DNA from: Acidobacteriota bacterium
GTDB taxonomy: Bacteria > Acidobacteriota > UBA6911 > RPQK01 > G965248645
Length of the DNA stretch: 64,000 nucleotides
NCBI GenBank assembly: GCA_965248645.1
Contig: OZ252113.1
Span: 219,522 to 283,521, forward strand
Direction of reading: 5' to 3'
Position 1 is the stretch's first letter. Each line of letters starts with the position of its first letter. Positions 39,862 through 49,561 of this stretch are shown here, piece by piece. The notes under the pieces were generated by a model. The model had not been told where the DNA came from and made no database searches. It was given only the letters and a program-made list of their open reading frames with translations. The position numbers and the translations under genes are program-made.

Positions 39862-41993
39862 CAGTTTTGTTTTAGGTCGATTATAATGTTGTCCAGATCG
39901 TCAATCCTGACCCAACAATGGGGGGGAACAACGACAGTCGCCTCATACTCTTCGATGACTAAAGGTCCATTTCGCGGAGACGTTGTTAGCCCACTGCGAC
40001 CGACCACCGCTGTCTGTACCACACCGACTTGCTGTCCGAAATAAGCCTTCCGTGTCGTCTCCGGTCTACTCTGGTTGTTGTGGCAGCGACGGAGCATGGG
40101 AGCAGGTTGCGGACGGATCGTGCCCACCACCCGCAGGTTCACCGTTTCCAGAGGGTATTCACCCGAGAAACGGTGTCCATAGATGCGCTCATATTCGACT
40201 TCAAAGCGCCTGGAGAGTTCGCCGATCACCTTTTCGTCAATATCCAGTCCCGGCAGTGGGATCATCAGTTCGTAGGCTTGTCCAGTATAGCGCATGTCAG
40301 CGAAGCGTTTGTATGTGACCCTGGAGCTAGCCAGACCCATCTGGGCAGCTGCCTCCTTCTCCAGTTTTGCATATAGGTGTCCAGCGCCATCAACCGTCAT
40401 CTGCACCGTTGGTTTTAGATAGGAGCGGCTGATATTGACCTGCATATTCGCGAGCAGTAGCCCCAATGCACTGAATACACCTGCGACTGGTGGAATCATG
40501 ACTTGTTTGATTCGAAGTTCCCGTGCCAGAGCAACGGCGTGAATCCCACCACTCCCCCCGAAGGCCATCAGAACGAAATCTCGAGGGTCTCTTCCCCGAT
40601 AGGTGGTGACGGCCTTAATCGAGCGGATCATGTTTGAGTTGGCGATTTCATAGATGCCATATGCTGTCTCCATGAGTTCTCGACCCAGGGGTTCAGCCAC
40701 CTGCGATCGGATGGCTCTTTCGGCCAGACCGGCATGGATTGGTACAGTTTCCCCTGCCATAGATCGGGGATTGAGATAACCGAGAATCACGTTGGCATCG
40801 GTCACCGTGGGTGCCTGGCCACCTTGGCCGTAGCAGGCCGGACCTGGGGACGCACCAACGCTTTGCGGGCCTACTTTAATCATGCCGACTTTGTTCAGCC
40901 GGACTATACTGCCGCCGCCAGCGCCCACTTCCGCGATGTCTACAACCGGGAGTTTTAGGGCATATCCACCACCGTTGACGAGGGGGCTCGCTACTGAAAC
41001 TGAATCCTCGCAGCCGACCTCATAGTCCGTACAGACGCTGAAATTCCCCTGTTCGATCACCGACACTTTAGCGGTTGTTCCTCCCATGTCGAAAGAGATC
41101 AGATTCAAAACATTGCTGGTTTGGCCCACTGCTGCAGCACCAATCACGCCCGCAGCCGGGCCGCACTCGATGATCTGAGCTGGCTTGTCCATAATCGCGT
41201 TTGCGTCCAATATCCCTCCACTGGACTGCATGACCATCAGCCGACCGTTGATCCCTGTGGCTTTCAGTTTCTGGCTAAGCGATCGTAAGTAATGGCTTAC
41301 GGGAGGACCGACATAAGCATTGATGACGGTGGTGCTGGTACGCTCGTACTCACGCATCTGAGGCAGCACATCAGCGGAAAGCGAAATGAAACAGCCCGGA
41401 AGCTCTTGGCTCAGGATTTGGCCTATGGTTCTTTCGTGTACGTCATTGGCATAGGAATGGAGCAAACAGACGGCTACGGCATCCACATTCGAGGCTTTGA
41501 TTATCCGGACCGCACGATCCACGTCTTCCAGATTCAGGGAGGTCGTTATTTGGCCTGTTGCATTAACGCGTTCCCCAACTTCGAGTCGAAGCCGTCTTGC
41601 TACCAGCGGTTTAGGTTTCACATACAAGAGATCATACAGACGCGGAAGACGGGTTCTCCGTAGCTCCAGTACATCGCGGAAGCCACTTGTAGTAATCAAG
41701 GCCGTTTTGGCACCCTTGTGCTCCAGAATAGCATTGGTCGCGACCGTGCAAGCGTGCAGCACCTGCTCGATCTTGTCAGGTGTTAGGTCTAGGCTCTGGT
41801 TTAAAGCATGGATTCCCTGGATCACACCATTGGCGTAGTTGGTTGGCGTCGAAAGCAGCTTCCATGTGGTGATGGCACCGTCGGCTGCCACATGGGCAAC
41901 GTCTGTGAATGTTCCCCCTATGTCGATGGCAATGCGGTGAGAGTGAACACTCATACACTCGCTACCAGAAGCAGGTTCAGAGCAGACGACCAT
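39861..41993 (-). CDS. hyuA: Hydantoinase A / 5-oxoprolinase subunit (HyuA family)
   Basis: 710 aa. IAIDIGGTFTDV and the second ASKHA-fold motif DMGGTTAKV. 1-nt overlap with hyuB. Confidence 0.85.
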   Translation of the reverse strand: MVVCSEPASGSECMSVHSHRIAIDIGGTFTDVAHVAADGAITTWKLLSTPTNYANGVIQGIHALNQSLDLTPDKIEQVLHACTVATNAILEHKGAKTALITTSGFRDVLELRRTRLPRLYDLLYVKPKPLVARRLRLEVGERVNATGQITTSLNLEDVDRAVRIIKASNVDAVAVCLLHSYANDVHERTIGQILSQELPGCFISLSADVLPQMREYERTSTTVINAYVGPPVSHYLRSLSQKLKATGINGRLMVMQSSGGILDANAIMDKPAQIIECGPAAGVIGAAAVGQTSNVLNLISFDMGGTTAKVSVIEQGNFSVCTDYEVGCEDSVSVASPLVNGGGYALKLPVVDIAEVGAGGGSIVRLNKVGMIKVGPQSVGASPGPACYGQGGQAPTVTDANVILGYLNPRSMAGETVPIHAGLAERAIRSQVAEPLGRELMETAYGIYEIANSNMIRSIKAVTTYRGRDPRDFVLMAFGGSGGIHAVALARELRIKQVMIPPVAGVFSALGLLLANMQVNISRSYLKPTVQMTVDGAGHLYAKLEKEAAAQMGLASSRVTYKRFADMRYTGQAYELMIPLPGLDIDEKVIGELSRRFEVEYERIYGHRFSGEYPLETVNLRVVGTIRPQPAPMLRRCHNNQSRPETTRKAYFGQQVGVVQTAVVGRSGLTTSPRNGPLVIEEYEATVVVPPHCWVRIDDLDNIIIDLKQN

Positions 41994-42628
41994 TTCACAC
42001 AGCAGGTGGAGACAGGGATGTGTTCTTTTTTCTCCAATGCTATCTTGGCTGTATAAAAAGGGTTAGCGAATAGTTCAGATCTGTGGGGAATAGGATACCA
42101 GACGGGCCAGGCGATCATTGGATAACTAGCCAGAGCACGATGGGTGAACGATTGTGGTTGCAGGAAAGAATGACGTCGAAATCCCAACACTGGGGTGCTC
42201 ATGCCATTATTCCTCTAAAAGGGGTGCTTGCTGCCGGCGAACGAACTGGTGGAGAGCAATACCATAGGCTAGGGACCCATGCTGCCCATTCACTGGGCAA
42301 AGTCTGCATCGGTTGCTTTCCTTGTGATGGAATAGTCGCATAGGTGGCTGTAACTGGACCGAATTTAAAGCGGCCAGCTTGAGCCACTGTGCCACTCAGG
42401 AGTAAATGTTTCAAGTCATCAGGCACCACAGCCTCGTTATCGAGATGTCTCTTCATGGCGTGCCTGATGATCAGATCTGGCAAATCATCGACTTCATCAA
42501 CGACGCCCGCTCAACATATGTAGTCAGAAAGTTAAGCGGGGATTGTAGAGCGTAAAGGACGGGTCGCACTTTCAGAAGGAGACTAATTGTCATGGCTCCA
42601 AACACCTACCTCCTGGATGCAAATTACT

Positions 42629-43678
42629 ATGTGACCAATGGGGTATCCACTGGACTCAGGTAACCACAACATCTTGTGGTTGGGCTCACGGGGCCTCGGC
42701 GTCCCAGTCGGCGACGATCGATCGATACGGCGTTGGGTCCACGGCGACTGCCTGCTGCACAAGGCGGTAGAAGAGTTTTCCCCGGCTGCGTGAGTTGCGC
42801 CGGTTGAAGCGGAACACAAACTCGTCGAGGTAGTAGTCCAGATGCTCGTGGCTAACCGCGCCTTGGTGCGTGCCCAGCAGCCAGCGCTTGAGCAACGAGA
42901 TCGCTTGGTGCACCCTCGGCAATAATTCCGAGGCCTGCTTGCGGCGGCCCGACAGAAAGACGATGCGATGCTGGTAGCCCTTCTTCTCCAGCGGCTCGTA
43001 GCCCAGCCAGCCGTCGGTGTGCACCAAGCTTCCCGGCTCGACCGACTCCTCCACGAAGGGCATCAAACTGGCCGCCGATGCGTTCCGCACGCGCTGCGTG
43101 CGGATCCGTCCTAGCCCGCGGCCTCTCCCTTCCGCGGCTACTTAAATCAATGCTTTACGCTCGTTCTGCCGGCCGCTAACACCCTCTTACTCAGCGCCCC
43201 AATAGGTCTCATCGACCTCGACTACGCCCGCCAATCGCTCCCGCCCCGGACGCACCATCGCTCGCCGCAGCTTGTGCATCCAGGTCCACGCAGTTTGATA
43301 GCGGCCCAACCCGAGAACGCGCTGCAGACCCAGCGCGCTGACCCCGTTATTTTGCGAAGTGACGTGCCAGATCGCCCGGAACCACAGCCGCAGCGGCTTA
43401 CGTGTGTCTTGGAAGATCGTGCCCGAGGTCACCGACGTCTGCCGCCCGCAGCGAGCGCATTCGAACCACACTTTGCGCACCGGCCATGCCCGCTCATGCC
43501 CGCATCCCGGACAGTGGAAACCCTCCGGCCAGCGCAACGCAGACAGATAGTCGCGACAGGCCTCTTCGCTGGCGAAGCGTACCTCGAACTCGAGCAGGTC
43601 GCGTGGACAATCCTCCACGAAGGCACATACTACATCTTGGGGTCACCTGAGTCAAGTGGATATCCCATTGTGACCATA
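42629..43678 (-). mobile_element. IS1595-family (ISXO2-like) insertion sequence, ~1.05 kb, with ~50-bp imperfect terminal inverted repeats. The transposase is inactivated.
   Basis: The left end 42629-42678 (tatgtgaccaATGGGGTATCCACTGGACTCAGGTAACCACAACATCTTGT) is the reverse complement of the right end 43630-43678 (ACTACATCTTGGGGTCACCTGAGTCAAGTGGATATCCCATtgtgaccata). About 40 of 50 positions match. The repeats bracket the transposase ORFs exactly. Confidence 0.65.
42686..43618 (-). pseudogene. IS1595-family transposase (N-terminal zinc ribbon + DDE domain) interrupted by two in-frame TAA codons
   Basis: N-terminal part CPGCGHERAW...FECARCGRQTSVTSGTIFQDTRKPLRLWF...VEVDETYWGAE. Then TAA, then EGVSGRQNERKALI, then TAA, then VAAEGRGRGLGRIRTQRVRNASAASLMPFVEESVEPGSLVHTDGW..Y, all in one frame. 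This is collinear with the ISXO2-like transposase (VEIDETYIGGKEKNKH...GRGAVGKTPVVG..ER.GKV.A.VV.......L..FV.E.V.PGS.V.TDE...Y). Confidence 0.7.
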
Positions 43679-43773
43679 AGCGGTAGCAAGTTTCTTTTCT
43701 CCTTCGTGGTCAAAGTGAGGTCCGAGAACTGGGTTTGCTTTGGATTTGACGAGTCGTTAAAGTAAGGTCCTAC

Positions 43774-44724
43774 ATGGTGGAGGGTAACTTGACGGTGGAT
43801 AATGAACCGCAGGTGTTCTTGAACGGGAGATTCATTGCTGCCTCCCAGGCTTCGCTCGCGATCTATGACTTGGGTATAGTTCTCGGTGCGACGGTGACCG
43901 AAATGACCAGGACCTTTCGGCAACATCCCTTCCGACTGGGTGATCACATCGCACGCCTATACCGCTCCTGCCGCTATGCGCGTATTGCTCCACCTTTTGA
44001 TCAAATTCGCATGAGTGAGGTGTCGAAGCGGCTAGTCGAGAACAACGCCCGTCTTCTGCTCCCGGATCAGGAGCTGGGACTCATCCACTTCCTGACGCCA
44101 GGGGAGTGCTCCATTTACTCAGGATCAGCAAGGCTTGATGAAGAAATGAGTCCAACCCTCTGTATTCATACCTTTCCCCTTCCTTTTGATCACTTCGCTC
44201 ACTTCTTCATTAAGGGAGCCCATGTGGTGACTCCTTCGATTCGCCACTTGCCACCCCAGTGTGTGGAATCGAAGATGAAGCATCGTAGTAGAATGCATCA
44301 GTGGCTAGCCGATCAGGAAACGCGCCAGGTCGATCCACGGGCAGTGACTCTTTTCCTCGATCTGGACGGGAACGTTACCGAGACGAGTGGGTCCAATTTC
44401 GCCATCGTCCAGGATGCCAAGGTCATTGCCCCTACCTTTCGCAACACCCTGCCAGGGATAAGCCTTTTAACCGCGAAAGAACTGTGCGCAGAACTAGGTA
44501 TCGGATTTGAGCAACGTGACTTCAGGGTCTATGATGTGGTGACCGCCGATGAGGCAATGCTTTTAACCACACCCTATTGTATGGCTCCTGTAACAATAAT
44601 TAATGGGGTTTCTATCGGTTGCGGAGAAGTTCAAGGGCCCATTTTCCAAAAGCTCATTGAAGCCTGGGGACGGCGTGTCGGGGTGGACATCATAGCGCAG
44701 GTCACTCAAGGGGTTTCTACGTGA
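43774..44724 (+). CDS. Class IV (fold-type IV) aminotransferase: D-amino-acid / branched-chain aminotransferase family
   Basis: 316 aa. VFLNGRFIAASQASLAIYDLGIVLGATVTEMTRTF......L.DH..RL..S......P and the overall length fit the Aminotran_4 family. The subtype cannot be assigned. Confidence 0.7.
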   Translation: MVEGNLTVDNEPQVFLNGRFIAASQASLAIYDLGIVLGATVTEMTRTFRQHPFRLGDHIARLYRSCRYARIAPPFDQIRMSEVSKRLVENNARLLLPDQELGLIHFLTPGECSIYSGSARLDEEMSPTLCIHTFPLPFDHFAHFFIKGAHVVTPSIRHLPPQCVESKMKHRSRMHQWLADQETRQVDPRAVTLFLDLDGNVTETSGSNFAIVQDAKVIAPTFRNTLPGISLLTAKELCAELGIGFEQRDFRVYDVVTADEAMLLTTPYCMAPVTIINGVSIGCGEVQGPIFQKLIEAWGRRVGVDIIAQVTQGVST

Positions 44725-44782
44725 TCGCGATAGAGAAAAGTTTATCTTTGGGCACCTGCAGGCACGGGCGATTTTTTGGAGA

Positions 44783-45196
44783 TCAATTGTCCACTTTCTG
44801 GTTTTCGATCTTTTCACGCACAAAAGATATGATCTCTTCAGTACTACTGCCTGGTTGAAAGATCTTCGCTACGCCTCTTTTTTTGAGTGTAGAAATATCC
44901 TCATCGGGAATGATGCCCCCGCCAAAAATCAGGATGTCCTCGATCCCCTTTTCTCTAAGCAAGTCGATGACTCGAGAAAAAAGGTGAATATGGGCGCCGG
45001 AAAGAATCGATAGGCCCAGTACATCTACGTCCTCCTGTAAGGCGGCCTGAGCGATTTGCTCGGGAGTCTGCCGCAAACCGGTATAAATGACCTCCATGCC
45101 GGCATCTCGTAATGCCCTGGCTACCACCTTGGCTCCTCGGTCGTGACCATCGAGTCCTGGTTTGGCGATCAGGACCCGAATTCTTCCGCCGGCCAT
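44783..45196 (-). CDS. Methylmalonyl-CoA mutase, cobalamin-binding small subunit (B12-binding domain)
   Basis: 137 aa. [63 protein letters not shown] is the DxHxxG B12-binding motif region. Confidence 0.85.
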   Translation of the reverse strand: MAGGRIRVLIAKPGLDGHDRGAKVVARALRDAGMEVIYTGLRQTPEQIAQAALQEDVDVLGLSILSGAHIHLFSRVIDLLREKGIEDILIFGGGIIPDEDISTLKKRGVAKIFQPGSSTEEIISFVREKIENQKVDN

Positions 45197-45280
45197 ATCT
45201 CTCCGCTTTCTTCTCCAGCCCTCTGATTCTGACCAGATTGGCTGTAACTCTCACTCGGTCTTCTCAATAAAATCCACAGC

Positions 45281-46906
45281 CTAGAATGTCGGTTCTCGGT
45301 AGACGCCGAAAACTTCCTTGAGGGTCTCACACGTTTCTCCCAGGGTAGCATATGCTCGAACGGCCTCGATCAGAAAGGGCATGAGATTCTTGTTGGAGCG
45401 GGCGGCCTCTTTTAGGGCTGCGAGAGCCTGATTTACCCCTCGGTCACTTCGCCCTCTCCGGCACTGCCGGAGACGTTGGGTCTGTCGAGTGTAGACCTCT
45501 GACCCGATTTCCAGAACTTCAACGGAGGAATCACCGTTGCCTTGGAATTTGTTGATACCCACCACAACCTTTTCCCCTTGTTCGACTGCCTTCTGGTATT
45601 GATAAGAAGCGTCCTGAATCTCTCGCTGGGGAAAGCCTTGTTCGATGGCGGGGATCATCCCACCTATGGAATCGACATGGTCGATGTATTCTCGAGCGCC
45701 TGATTCCATTTTCTTGGTTAGGGATTCGACAAGATAGGATCCTCCCAAGGGGTCAACGGTGTTGATGACGCCACTCTCGTGGCCGATTATCTGCTGAGTG
45801 CGCAGCGCAAGTCGAGCCGTTTCTTCGGTAGGCAAGGCCCAGGCCTCATCCAAGGCATTGGTGTGCAACGAATTGGTGCCTCCCAGAACAGCGGCTAGAG
45901 CCTGTATCGTCGTGCGAACGACGTTATTCATAGGCTGCTGGGCGGTCAAACTACACCCCGCCGTCTGGGAGTGAAATCTACACATCCAGGAACGCTTCTT
46001 TTTAGCAGCGAAGCGATCTTTCATCACCCGGGCCCAGAGACGGCGCGCGGCACGAAATTTGGAGATTTCTTCAAAAAAATCGTTGTGGGAGTTAAAAAAG
46101 AAAGAGAGCCGGGGGGCAAATTCATCGACATTCATCCCTGCCCGAATGCACCATTCGGCATATTCAATGCCATTTCGAAGAGTGAAGGCTAGCTCTTGCA
46201 GAGCGGTGGAACCTGCTTCTCGAATATGATAGCCGCTAATGGATATACTGTTGTAGCGAGGAAGGAACTGCCCGCAAAACTGGATCGAGTCGACGACCAG
46301 CCGCATGGAGGGCCGCGGAGGGAAGATCCACTCCTTCTGCGCAATGTATTCTTTGAGGATGTCATTTTGAATTGTACCCCGAAGCTGGTTGATCGGTACT
46401 CCGCGTTTGTCAGCTACCGCTATGTACATTGCCAGCAAAACGGCGGCGGGAGCGTTGATCGTCATCGAGGTGGTCACCTGATCGAGTGCAATGTCATTGA
46501 AAAGGATTTCCATGTCTTCAAGAGAGTCCAGCGCTACGCCGCATTTACCTACTTCACCTTCGGACAGAGGATCGTCTGAATCCAACCCCATCAAGGTGGG
46601 AAGATCAAAGGCGATTGACAGCCCGTTCTGTCCCTGTTGAAGCAAAAACTTAAGCCGTTGATTAGTTTCTTCTGGACCCCCATAGCCTGCAAATTGACGC
46701 ATTGTCCACAGTCTTCCCCGATACATGGTGGAATGAACTCCCCGTGTATAGGGGAACTGGCCCGGATCAGCCAGGTCCCGGGAATAGTTGAAATCGGCTA
46801 GATCGCTAGGCGTGTAAATGCGTTTGACCCTGTTTTTGGATAGGGTGGCGGAGGGTGGTCTGTGCCCGGAAGGCGTTCTGAATTTCTGCTTTTTGGCAGT
46901 CTCCAT
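45281..46906 (-). CDS. Methylmalonyl-CoA mutase, large catalytic (TIM-barrel) subunit lacking the fused B12 domain
   Basis: 541 aa. [52 protein letters not shown] and the downstream conserved blocks of the MM_CoA_mutase family. Confidence 0.9.
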   Translation of the reverse strand: METAKKQKFRTPSGHRPPSATLSKNRVKRIYTPSDLADFNYSRDLADPGQFPYTRGVHSTMYRGRLWTMRQFAGYGGPEETNQRLKFLLQQGQNGLSIAFDLPTLMGLDSDDPLSEGEVGKCGVALDSLEDMEILFNDIALDQVTTSMTINAPAAVLLAMYIAVADKRGVPINQLRGTIQNDILKEYIAQKEWIFPPRPSMRLVVDSIQFCGQFLPRYNSISISGYHIREAGSTALQELAFTLRNGIEYAEWCIRAGMNVDEFAPRLSFFFNSHNDFFEEISKFRAARRLWARVMKDRFAAKKKRSWMCRFHSQTAGCSLTAQQPMNNVVRTTIQALAAVLGGTNSLHTNALDEAWALPTEETARLALRTQQIIGHESGVINTVDPLGGSYLVESLTKKMESGAREYIDHVDSIGGMIPAIEQGFPQREIQDASYQYQKAVEQGEKVVVGINKFQGNGDSSVEVLEIGSEVYTRQTQRLRQCRRGRSDRGVNQALAALKEAARSNKNLMPFLIEAVRAYATLGETCETLKEVFGVYREPTF

Positions 46907-47716
46907 ATCACACCTGACGGTCTAAAGATCAGTGGTCAGCGGGTAACGGACTGCGTACCGCGCCTTCCCTCGGTCAAGTATTGGTCCAAGCTCACAGCAG
47001 CTTGGTCGATCACTATCCCATTGTAGGCACAGAGGGAAGTGAAGCGTCAAGGCTCGAGTCGTTATTCCAGCTCGACTGCTTTTGAAAAAGCTTCAGGATG
47101 TTTTCATTGTTGCCTTGCTTGGTACAGATGTACACCTTTTCCCTCAAGAGAGACGCTTGTATTTTTTGGAATGGACATACTCAAGGGCTTGGCGAGCACC
47201 TGGTGTGCTAAAGTGTGTTGGTTCTACCAAATAATGGAATCGGCAATTTCTCTCGCCGATTCGACGAAGAGGTATTCTCCATTGGGCAGAGACCTCGACG
47301 AAGATATCTTCTTTGACGCAGCTTGAATCAACCCTTCCATTCAGTAGGTGTAAGAGGTGTGTGCAGACCTGCGCTCAGATCTCCGAGAGCCAGAGTGAAC
47401 GTTTGCCAACTTGCATAATCGTTGGAATTCATCTAGTTCGACTGTGTTGGGCTCGGTTGTCCTCCTCGACCCGAGTGCACTGGTACGTCTGTGGGGGTCT
47501 CGGTTGCAACGTCTGGTCAAGCTGTCCCTTTGAGCGTTTCACCAACTTCCGGTGTGGGACATACGGGCTAGGTCTATTTCCCCTTTCTCCCGGCTGCATC
47601 GCTGCCACCGCTCGCTTGATCAAAGTGCGAGGGTCGTTACCTTCAAAGATTTTCCCGGCTATTCGAATCTGATAGCGCATAGCTTCTCCCTGTCCATTTG
47701 GCTGTCTTTCTCATGA

Positions 47717-48316
47717 CTAGTACCTTCTCATCAAACCTACGATTACCCCCTGGACCTGTACGCGGGCTTCGCTCACATAAATGGGATCTAGGGTGGGATT
47801 GGCGGGTTGCAAACGGATCTGCTGTCCTTCCCGATAGAACTTCTTCAAGGTGGCTTTTTCCCCGTCGATCAGGGCAATGACCGTCTCTCCATTGCGTGCC
47901 ACCTCTCGTCGTTCCACAATGACGTAGTCCCCGTCCTGAATATGCTCCTCAATCATGGAATCTCCCTGAACTTTCAGCACATAGCTTTCATCTCGAGTGA
48001 GAAAGGCTTCAGGAACCGAAATTTCTTCCGAGCCGGCGATTACTTCCACGGCCCGGCCAGCGGCCACATAGCCGAGGAGGGGCAAAGAGGGAGCGGTTGA
48101 ACCCTCCGGACCCAACAGCTGGATAGACCGTGCCTGATGGGGCAATCTCCGTATAAATCCCCGCTCTTGCAAGGCCCGTAGGTGTTTATAGACGGCATTA
48201 AGGGAGGAGATGCCAAAGTGCTCGGCGATTTCCTCTAGGGTTGGAGAGTAGCCTTGCCCCTTGAGAAAGTCTCGGAGGAAATCCAAAATCTCCTTTTGTC
48301 TTCGGGTCAGTGGCAT
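47717..48316 (-). CDS. lexA: LexA repressor
   Basis: 199 aa. N-terminal winged HTH LTRRQKEILDFLRDFLKGQGYSPTLEEIAEHFGISSLNAVYKHLRALQERGFIRR, cleavage site VAAG/RA, and the S24 peptidase domain with the Ser...Lys dyad (VQGDSMIE...KRV). Confidence 0.9.
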   Translation of the reverse strand: MPLTRRQKEILDFLRDFLKGQGYSPTLEEIAEHFGISSLNAVYKHLRALQERGFIRRLPHQARSIQLLGPEGSTAPSLPLLGYVAAGRAVEVIAGSEEISVPEAFLTRDESYVLKVQGDSMIEEHIQDGDYVIVERREVARNGETVIALIDGEKATLKKFYREGQQIRLQPANPTLDPIYVSEARVQVQGVIVGLMRRY

Positions 48317-48323
48317 CTAAGTT

Positions 48324-48357
48324 ATTATGGTGAAAAAAAGGTGAATTGTCAAGTGAA
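48324..48357 (-). promoter_or_regulatory. Candidate lexA promoter (TTGACA-N17-CATAAT) with overlapping direct repeat TTCAC-N7-TTCAC (putative LexA operator)
   Basis: On the lexA coding strand: gaagtTTCACTTGACAATTCACctttttttcacCATAATaactt, then ATG. The -35 and -10 hexamers are near-consensus with a 17-nt spacer. The TTCAC(N7)TTCAC direct repeat covers the -35, which is a typical repressor position. Which LexA-box family applies in this lineage is unknown. Confidence 0.35.
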
Positions 48358-48435
48358 ACTTCGGTTTTTGTGAAGGTGCGTGTCTGCTGGGCCGCGATGG
48401 TGGTCAGGACGTTTGGTTGCTGTTAGAGTAAAGAT

Positions 48436-48708
48436 ATGGATAACCGCGAGAATCGACAAGAACTCATTCAAGAGGAGAAGAAAAAAATGCGTCGGCTACG
48501 CTTCCTAGTCGACCTAACCACCAGTGTTCTTTATCAGGATACCGACTTGACGGTAGACGAGGCACGGTCGATGATCAGAGGTGTGGAAGGAGCGGTTTTG
48601 AGGATGTTCCCGGGCAAGAAGCGGACTTTTGACATGCTCCTAGTTCCTCGCTTCGAGCGAATCATGTACGAACGATGGGGAGTCGGCTTGGATTATCTGG
48701 TCCATTAA
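48436..48708 (+). CDS. Hypothetical small protein, divergent from lexA
   Basis: 90-aa ORF that shares the lexA intergenic region and is followed 4 nt later by dtd. No family recognised. Confidence 0.35.
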   Translation: MDNRENRQELIQEEKKKMRRLRFLVDLTTSVLYQDTDLTVDEARSMIRGVEGAVLRMFPGKKRTFDMLLVPRFERIMYERWGVGLDYLVH

Positions 48709-48711
48709 TTT

Positions 48712-49164
48712 ATGCGAGCGGTCATCCAGCGGGTTGACGAATCGATTGTTACCGTGGACGGTAAGAGCACCGGCGCTATCTCCAAGGGCCTGTTGGTGTT
48801 GGTCGCTGTGGGGGCCGAGGACGACCTCTCCGACTTGGCTTTTGTCAAGAAGAAGATCCTCAATCTCCGTATCTTTGAGGATGAGGATGGGAAGATGAAT
48901 CGCTCCGTGCGGGAAGTAGAGGGTGAGATTTTACTGGTACCACAGTTTACCCTCTATGGGGACTGCCGCACAGGAAATCGTCCAAGCTACTCACGTGCTT
49001 CCCCTCCACAACAGGCAAAGCAGCTGTACACTCGGTTGCTCAGGGAAATACGTAGCCACGGGATCAGGACCGAATCTGGAAAATTTCGAGCTAGAATGAA
49101 AGTGCATCTGGTGAACGATGGTCCGGTGACGCTTCTGGTCGACTCGAAAAGAGAAGTCTATTAG
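48712..49164 (+). CDS. dtd: D-aminoacyl-tRNA deacylase
   Basis: 150 aa. MRAVIQRV..S.V.VDGK..G.I..GLLVLV.V...D and the C-terminal SGKFRA.M.V.LVNDGPVT motif. Confidence 0.9.
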   Translation: MRAVIQRVDESIVTVDGKSTGAISKGLLVLVAVGAEDDLSDLAFVKKKILNLRIFEDEDGKMNRSVREVEGEILLVPQFTLYGDCRTGNRPSYSRASPPQQAKQLYTRLLREIRSHGIRTESGKFRARMKVHLVNDGPVTLLVDSKREVY

Positions 49165-49561
49165 GTTAGAGCTTGGTATTCCTTTTCGAAAATATTCTCC
49201 CCGGTTCCAGATTTCCGGTTTCGACTTTTGATTTCTGAAAGCACTGGCGATTTTTTCGGTCTTCAGCCTGAATACGAGCAGGTAGGCTAGAATTAGCTCT
49301 AGTTCTAACAGCAGAGGCCTCATGATTTCCACTACACCCCCATTTTGAAGGTGAGATTTTGACGACTCTAGAATAAATGTCTGACGAGGTTCACCAGGGG
49401 AGCAGGCCGAGTTGGTTAGGGGCTTCCCCCCTATTCTACCCTGCCTATCAGAGCCAAATTTTAACAGAATGGTTCAAACGAGCTGACTTATTGGAAAAAG
49501 TTCTGTATCATGCTTGATTTGAGTGTTTTAGAAAGATCGGGTCAGTAACAATAGCAGCGCA

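Noticed and set aside
43274-43765. 163-aa plus-strand ORF over the IS element
   Set aside because: Antisense to the transposase frame and runs through the IS terminal repeat. Pro/Arg-rich. Spurious.
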